Source of the DNA: Bacillota bacterium
GTDB taxonomy: Bacteria; Bacillota; Clostridia; Christensenellales; UMGS416
Direction: 5' to 3'
NCBI GenBank assembly: GCA_023435705.1
Contig: JAEYRH010000016.1
Coordinates: 490,890 to 554,889 of the forward strand
DNA: 64,000 nt
Shown here: positions 59,061 through 64,000 of the stretch, in pieces
How positions within the stretch are numbered: position 1 is the first letter of the stretch
Layout of the letters: each line of letters begins with the position of its first letter
Program-made: the position numbers and the translations under genes
The notes under the pieces: generated by a model
Database searches by the model: none
Told to the model about the DNA's origin: nothing
The model's input: the letters and a program-made list of their open reading frames with translations, nothing else

Positions 59061-59858
59061 TTATTCTGCCCTGTTCAGGCTGCCCATACGGTATCCATCC
59101 AAATCCAGCGCGATGAAATCAAAACCCAATGGCTTCAACGCCGCAAGCAAGGGCACCCTAGTATCATCATTCACAAGCAAATGCAGATCAACCAACGGAG
59201 CTTCGATGCGCGCCACGTTGCCGTGGAGCCGAACACGGCAGCCAGCAAAACCAAGGGCGATCAATGCATCCTCCGCCTTTTCAACGCGCCGGAGCACTTC
59301 CTCAGTGAGCTCTGTGCCATAAGGAATGCGAGATGCAAGGCATGCAGCAGCCGGTGCGCTCCAGTTTGGCAGGCCAAGTTCATGGGATTTCTCGCGGATC
59401 TCGGCTTTCGTTATGTCAGCCAGATCGAAAGGACTGACCACGCCCAATTCAATGGCAGCACGCTTGCCTGGCCTGTAGTCGCCCCGGTCGCTGGCGCTGG
59501 AGCCGTCCAGCAGAGCCGGATAACCCTCTTTCTGCGCCATAGCCTTGAGGGTGCCGAAGATGGCCTTTTTACAGTGGTAGCACCGGTCTTTGGGGTTTTC
59601 CCGCACTTCCTTTACATCAAGTGCGCCGACCTGTACTTCAACCAGCCGCGCCCCGCAAAGGCTTGCGATTTGCCTGGCGGCTTTGAGCTCCCTGGCCGGG
59701 TTGAGCAACGTTACAGCCGTGAGCGCCAACACATTGTCCGTGCCAAGCGCATCGACGCATAGCTGCAAAAGAAGGGCGCTGTCCACGCCGCCGGAAAAAG
59801 CGACCGCAACACGCCCCTGCTCTTTGATGAGTTCGATGGCTTTGTTCCAAGATCCCAA
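59061..59858 (-). CDS. larE: ATP-dependent sacrificial sulfur transferase LarE (PP-loop)
   Basis: VAVAFSGGVDSALLL PP-loop. CYHCKK, and the ACLASRIPYG segment carrying the LarE-type Cys. The start is uncertain (TTG 59858). Confidence 0.85.
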   Translation of the reverse strand: MGSWNKAIELIKEQGRVAVAFSGGVDSALLLQLCVDALGTDNVLALTAVTLLNPARELKAARQIASLCGARLVEVQVGALDVKEVRENPKDRCYHCKKAIFGTLKAMAQKEGYPALLDGSSASDRGDYRPGKRAAIELGVVSPFDLADITKAEIREKSHELGLPNWSAPAAACLASRIPYGTELTEEVLRRVEKAEDALIALGFAGCRVRLHGNVARIEAPLVDLHLLVNDDTRVPLLAALKPLGFDFIALDLDGYRMGSLNRAE

Positions 59859-59914
59859 ACCATTATCCCGATTGTGGATCGGTCTCCTTTTCGGTGGTAT
59901 TTATATTTTGCCTG

Positions 59915-60769
59915 CTACTTCTCTACATAAAGCACGCCGATCGTGTTTGGCCCGCAGTGGCTGGCAATCACGGCGCCTGCATCTGTCTCGTGTATCTGTT
60001 CAAACAGGCCGGAAGTTTCCACAACAGATTTCACCGCCTGCACAATTTCCGGGTCGCAGGGTGTATGGGTGATGAACACATGCTTGCGGTCAGCGGTGCC
60101 GGCGGCGGCGATAAGCACATCGGCAGCATACCGCTCAGCACAGCGCACAATGTTGCCGCGGTATTTCTTGTCCGGGCGCATGGAACCGTCAGCCACCACA
60201 ATGGAGGGCTTCAGGCTTAGTGCGTTGGCACCGAAGGCCTGTAAGGCGCTGCAGCGGCCACCTCGATAAAGATACAACAGGGTATCAATGACGAAGCTGG
60301 CTCGCACCTTCGGCGCTGTCTGGCGGAGATGTGAAGCGATATCTGCCAGAGCCATGCCCTGTTCTATCAGTTCGCCGGCACGCAGCACAAGATGCCCGAT
60401 TCCTGTTGAAAGGTTCATCGAATCCACCACTTCAATACGCCCGGCAGGAAAATCCTGCGCCGCGATGACGGCATTGGCCACAGTGGATGAAAGCATGGAA
60501 GAGATGCCGACAAACAGGATGTCACAGCCGGCATCAATCCATGGAGCGAATGCTTCCTGATAATCAACAATGGATATGGCGGCCGTCTTCGGGGTTTGTT
60601 TGGTTTTGGCGGTATAGTCGAACAACTCCTGCACGGTGACATCGACGCCGTCTCTGCGGCTTGCATCGCCGAGATTCACATACAAAGGTATGATAGAAAT
60701 ATTATGGCGCTGGATGAGCTCAGGTGACAGGTCGCAAGTGCTGTCAGCTATGAGTTTGATCTTGTTCAC
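59915..60769 (-). CDS. DegV family fatty-acid-binding protein (second paralog)
   Basis: IKLIADSTCDLSPELIQRHNISIIPLYV...TAAISIVDY... GGAGG lies 7 nt upstream of GTG 60769 (ORF-track ATG 60787 is the alternative). Confidence 0.8.
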   Translation of the reverse strand: MNKIKLIADSTCDLSPELIQRHNISIIPLYVNLGDASRRDGVDVTVQELFDYTAKTKQTPKTAAISIVDYQEAFAPWIDAGCDILFVGISSMLSSTVANAVIAAQDFPAGRIEVVDSMNLSTGIGHLVLRAGELIEQGMALADIASHLRQTAPKVRASFVIDTLLYLYRGGRCSALQAFGANALSLKPSIVVADGSMRPDKKYRGNIVRCAERYAADVLIAAAGTADRKHVFITHTPCDPEIVQAVKSVVETSGLFEQIHETDAGAVIASHCGPNTIGVLYVEK

Positions 60770-61002
60770 AGGATATCCTCCCCTCATGCAAAACCATTAT
60801 ATCACAACTTAGGAATGGGGAAAAAGATCATGCTTGAAAGATTCAATCCGGCTCTTTCTTGTTGGTGGATTTCTTAATGCCCCCTTAAGTATGCCAGAGT
60901 GCTCTACACATCCAGTAAACTGGTTCAGGTGGCAGTTTGCTGGTCTCTTACGAATACATCGATCTCCTGCCGAATTTTGCCGGATTATAACATCTGCCTA
61001 TA

Positions 61003-61031
61003 TTGACATCCGAAATCAAATATGCTAATGT
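61003..61031 (+). promoter_or_regulatory. Putative sigma-A promoter (TTGACA-17-TAATGT) for the XRE-cupin/pot operon
   Basis: Perfect -35 at 61003-61008, 17-nt spacer, TAATGT at 61026-61031. Confidence 0.5.
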
Positions 61032-61039
61032 TTCTCGTT

Positions 61040-61056
61040 GTTTACTTTAAGTAAAC
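61040..61056. promoter_or_regulatory. Perfect 17-bp palindrome GTTTACTT-T-AAGTAAAC; candidate operator
   Basis: It lies 8 nt downstream of the putative -10 box. A further half-site-like GTAACC is at 61062-61067. Confidence 0.5.
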
Positions 61057-61130
61057 AAAAAGTAACCAAAGGCAAAACCACAGCATAACTAAACAAATTG
61101 TAACGGTTCATCAAACAAGGCGGTAAGGAA

Positions 61131-61670
61131 ATGGACATCGGCGGCAAGATCAAGGGCCTCAGACTGATGCACGGCCTGACAATGGAGGACCTGGCTGACA
61201 GGACTGAGCTTTCCAAGGGCTTTATCAGCCAGTTGGAACGCAACCTGACCTCCCCCTCCATTTCCACGCTGATGGACATTTTGGCCTGCCTCGGCACCGA
61301 TCTTAAGGATTTCTTCAGCGACGCGTCCGGCTCGCCCGTGGTGTTTGACAGTGAAGATGCCTTCGTGAAGGAAAACGCAGAAAGCGGCCACAGAATCGGC
61401 TGGTTGGTGCCCAACGCACAGAAAAACGCGATGGAGCCGATCCTTCTCACACTGGCACCAGGCGGTTCGTATGGCCCCCATGAACCCCATGCCGGCGAGG
61501 AATACGGCTATGTGCTCACAGGCACCGTTACGCTGCTGCTGAACCGTCAGAAGCACCGGGTCAAACGCGGATCGTCGTTCTACTTCAAGTCCAGCATGAA
61601 CCACGAAATCCAAAACACCGGAAAAACTGAGGCGAAAATCCTGTGGGTCGCCTGCCCCCCCAGTTTTTAG
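61131..61670 (+). CDS. XRE-family HTH + cupin domain transcriptional regulator (PuuR-like)
   Basis: [36 protein letters not shown] (HTH_3) and a C-terminal cupin ([12 protein letters not shown]...). Confidence 0.85.
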   Translation: MDIGGKIKGLRLMHGLTMEDLADRTELSKGFISQLERNLTSPSISTLMDILACLGTDLKDFFSDASGSPVVFDSEDAFVKENAESGHRIGWLVPNAQKNAMEPILLTLAPGGSYGPHEPHAGEEYGYVLTGTVTLLLNRQKHRVKRGSSFYFKSSMNHEIQNTGKTEAKILWVACPPSF

Positions 61671-61686
61671 TGAAAGAGGACGACAT

Positions 61687-62742
61687 ATGGTCGAGAACAC
61701 CCGCTTCATCGAATTGGTGGACATCACCAGGGCATATGACGAGGAAACCATCGCCCTGAACCACGTGAATTTATATATTCGGCGCAGGGAATTCCTGACA
61801 CTGCTTGGCCCATCGGGCTGTGGAAAGACCACGATGCTCCGCCTGATCGCGGGTTTCGATCACCCAACCGATGGCAAGATACTGATGGACGGCAAGGATA
61901 TCACCGCCGTGCCCCCTCATCGCCGGCGTGTCAACACGGTGTTTCAACGTTATGCCCTATTCCCTCATATGAACGTGTTTGAAAACGTGGCTTTCGGCTT
62001 GAAGATCAAGAAGCTGGATGGGCCTGTGATTGCCAAGAAGGTTGCAGCAATGCTGGAGATGGTGGGCCTGAAGGGATATGAAAAGCGCAGCACAGACGCA
62101 CTTTCCGGCGGGCAGCAGCAGCGGGTGGCCATCGCCCGTGCGTTGGTGAACGAGCCAGAGGTGCTGCTGCTCGATGAGCCTCTCGGTGCGCTGGACCTAA
62201 AAATGCGCAAGGACATGCAGGTGGAGCTCAAAAACATGCAGCAGGAGCTGGGCATCACCTTTCTGTATGTGACTCATGACCAAGAGGAAGCGCTGACGAT
62301 GTCGGACACGGTCGTGGTGATGAACCATGGCAGGATCCAGCAGATCGGCACACCAATGGATATCTACAATGAGCCAAAGAACGCCTTTGTGGCAGACTTC
62401 ATCGGCGAAAGCAACATCATCCCTGGCGAAATGGTGCAGGATAAACTGGTCAAGATCCTTGGCCGCACGCTCGATTGCGTGGACGGCGGCTTTACACCCA
62501 ACGCCCCGGTGGAGGTTGTGATCCGACCGGAAGACATCTACCTGGTAGATGAATCCCACGGTGCGATCAAGGGCGTGGTGGAGAGTGTAATCTTCAAGGG
62601 TGTGCACTTTGAAATGCGCATTGATTGCGGAGAATTTACCTTCCTCGTTCATGACACATCAATGAAGCCCGAGGGGTGTGCTGTGGGCCTGATAGTGCGC
62701 CCGGAGGACATCCATGTCATGGCGAAGGAGGTGTCTGGTTGA
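61687..62742 (+). CDS. potA: Spermidine/putrescine ABC transporter ATP-binding protein
   Basis: GPSGCGKTT Walker [16 protein letters not shown] signature, LLLDEPL Walker B, and a PotA-type TOBE C-terminal domain. Confidence 0.9.
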   Translation: MVENTRFIELVDITRAYDEETIALNHVNLYIRRREFLTLLGPSGCGKTTMLRLIAGFDHPTDGKILMDGKDITAVPPHRRRVNTVFQRYALFPHMNVFENVAFGLKIKKLDGPVIAKKVAAMLEMVGLKGYEKRSTDALSGGQQQRVAIARALVNEPEVLLLDEPLGALDLKMRKDMQVELKNMQQELGITFLYVTHDQEEALTMSDTVVVMNHGRIQQIGTPMDIYNEPKNAFVADFIGESNIIPGEMVQDKLVKILGRTLDCVDGGFTPNAPVEVVIRPEDIYLVDESHGAIKGVVESVIFKGVHFEMRIDCGEFTFLVHDTSMKPEGCAVGLIVRPEDIHVMAKEVSG

Positions 62743-63554
62743 GGATTAAATGGTTCGCTGCACCCTACATCGCCTGGATGATTGTGTTCACCGTCGCTCC
62801 ATTGGGGTTGCTGGTTGGGTATTCTCTCACCGATGCAGGGGGCGCCTTTACCACAGAGAATTTCGTGAAGTTCTTTCAGGATCCCATCTTTATCTCCATC
62901 CTTCTCCGGTCGCTGTGGCTGGCGCTGCTCTGCACGGCGATCTGCCTGCTGATCGGCTACCCTGTGGCCTACATCCTGTCGCGCATGAAGGAAGGCGGCG
63001 TGCTGTCTGTGCTGTTTATCCTACCGATGTGGATGAACTTTTTGCTGCGCACTTATGCCTGGATGTCCATCCTGGAAAACACCGGCCTTGCCAACAAGCT
63101 TCTGATGGCGTTGGGCCTGGGGCAGGCCACGCTGCTCTATAACTCCAACGCCGTGCTGCTGGGCATGGTTTATAACTTCTTACCCTTTATGATCCTGCCG
63201 ATCATGACCGTGCTCAGAAAGATGGATAAATCGCTGCTGGAAGCCGCCGGCGACCTGGGCGCCAACCCCTTTGAGACTTTCAAGCGGGTGATTGTGCCAC
63301 TTTCTCTGCCCGGCGTGATATCCGGCATCACAATGGTGTTCATGCCGGCAGTGACCACATTTGTGATCTCCCGCCTGTTGGGTGGATCGCAGTTCATGCT
63401 GTTCGGTGATCTGATTGAGCAGCAATTCCTGCAGTCAAACAACGGAAACTTCGGCGCGGCGCTGTCAGTGATCATGATGGTGTTGATTTTGGTCAGCATG
63501 GCCGTGATGAACCGCCTGGGCGGCTCTGAGGATGAAAGGGGGCAGTTGATTTGA
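62739..63554 (+). CDS. potB: Spermidine/putrescine ABC transporter permease
   Basis: Six-TM permease with the EAA loop ([27 protein letters not shown]). TTG start 62739 with GGAGGTG 5 nt upstream, overlapping the potA stop. Confidence 0.85.
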   Translation: MRIKWFAAPYIAWMIVFTVAPLGLLVGYSLTDAGGAFTTENFVKFFQDPIFISILLRSLWLALLCTAICLLIGYPVAYILSRMKEGGVLSVLFILPMWMNFLLRTYAWMSILENTGLANKLLMALGLGQATLLYNSNAVLLGMVYNFLPFMILPIMTVLRKMDKSLLEAAGDLGANPFETFKRVIVPLSLPGVISGITMVFMPAVTTFVISRLLGGSQFMLFGDLIEQQFLQSNNGNFGAALSVIMMVLILVSMAVMNRLGGSEDERGQLI

Positions 63555-64000
63555 CCAAACACAAGCTGCGCTCCATCTTCAAAAACGGTTATCTGGCCAT
63601 GGTGCTGGCATTTCTCTATTTGCCAATCCTCGTGATGATTTATCTGTCCTTCAGCAACTCCAAATCCAGGTCTGTATGGGGTGGCTTCACGCTGCAGTGG
63701 TACACCCATTTGTTTCAGAACGACATCATCATGGACGCATTAAGAAACACATTGGTGATCGCTGTATTATCAGCCGTGGTTGCAACCGTAATCGGCACAA
63801 TGGCCGCCATTGGCATATTCGGCATGAAGCGTGGTGTCCGGACCGTCATCACCAACATCACCTATCTGCCGGTGATCAACCCTGATATCGTCACGGGTAT
63901 CTCTTTGATGATTCTCTTTATTTTCTTTCGTATGAACCTGGGATTCTGGACAATGCTGATGGCTCACATTGCCTTCAATATTCCATACGTGATTTTCTCA
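63551..64000 (+). CDS. potC: Spermidine/putrescine ABC transporter permease, partial (runs off the right edge)
   Basis: Own translation from TTG 63551: [68 protein letters not shown]... parallels the E. coli PotC N-terminus. Overlaps the potB stop. Confidence 0.8.
   Translation, partial: MTKHKLRSIFKNGYLAMVLAFLYLPILVMIYLSFSNSKSRSVWGGFTLQWYTHLFQNDIIMDALRNTLVIAVLSAVVATVIGTMAAIGIFGMKRGVRTVITNITYLPVINPDIVTGISLMILFIFFRMNLGFWTMLMAHIAFNIPYVIFS

Overview
This is a 64-kb chromosomal segment from a moderately high-GC (roughly 55-60%) spore-forming Firmicute. Gene content (spoIIP, ctsR-mcsA-mcsB-clpC, addAB, iorAB/paaK) looks like Clostridia, possibly Oscillospiraceae-like; that placement is inference only. 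I can support about 58 protein genes, mostly on the minus strand. I saw no rRNA, tRNA, CRISPR array, transposase or integrase.

Main blocks, left to right:
- rpiR (partial), surE, addA-addB
- manA
- an acyltransferase-domain gene, an MFS transporter, pepF, a sugar-phosphate isomerase and a lipoprotein
- an orphan radical-SAM gene and degV
- eda-kdgK, then yqeG / nfo-like / pepP-like / efp
- a long co-directional run: paaK2-iorA-iorB-paaK-ACT-alr-MTHFS-membrane protein
- sporulation and cell-wall genes (pda, spoIIP, DUF1614, VanY-type M15, M14-SH3)
- a gene pair of unknown function (CTP-synthase-type GATase-like protein + PHP hydrolase)
- a KimA-like permease
- ctsR-mcsA-mcsB-clpC with a textbook CtsR box, then mscL
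- a lower-GC accessory stretch at about 46.4-55.5 kb: GNATs, a degenerate REC-GGDEF protein, a NYN-domain protein, sanA, and lacZ-araC flanked by long non-coding DNA
- degV-larE-larB-larC-guaA
- an XRE-cupin regulator and potABC (potC partial)

Most interesting non-genic signal: a modular GC-rich nested-hairpin repeat family. Two clearly homologous copies lie in inverted orientation at 8.4 kb and 27.2 kb, and a looser relative lies at 42.15 kb. Two of the three sit inside co-directional operons.

Other leads:
- an orphan larBCE cluster with no larA, abutting guaA
- the convergent degenerate REC-GGDEF and NYN genes
- a candidate CU-rich sRNA or 3'UTR
- a tiny hairpin insertion flanked by 9-bp direct repeats
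- a coupled small-ORF pair in an AT-rich gap

I found no compelling complete novel multi-gene system. All function calls come from reading motifs in the translations, not from database searches.
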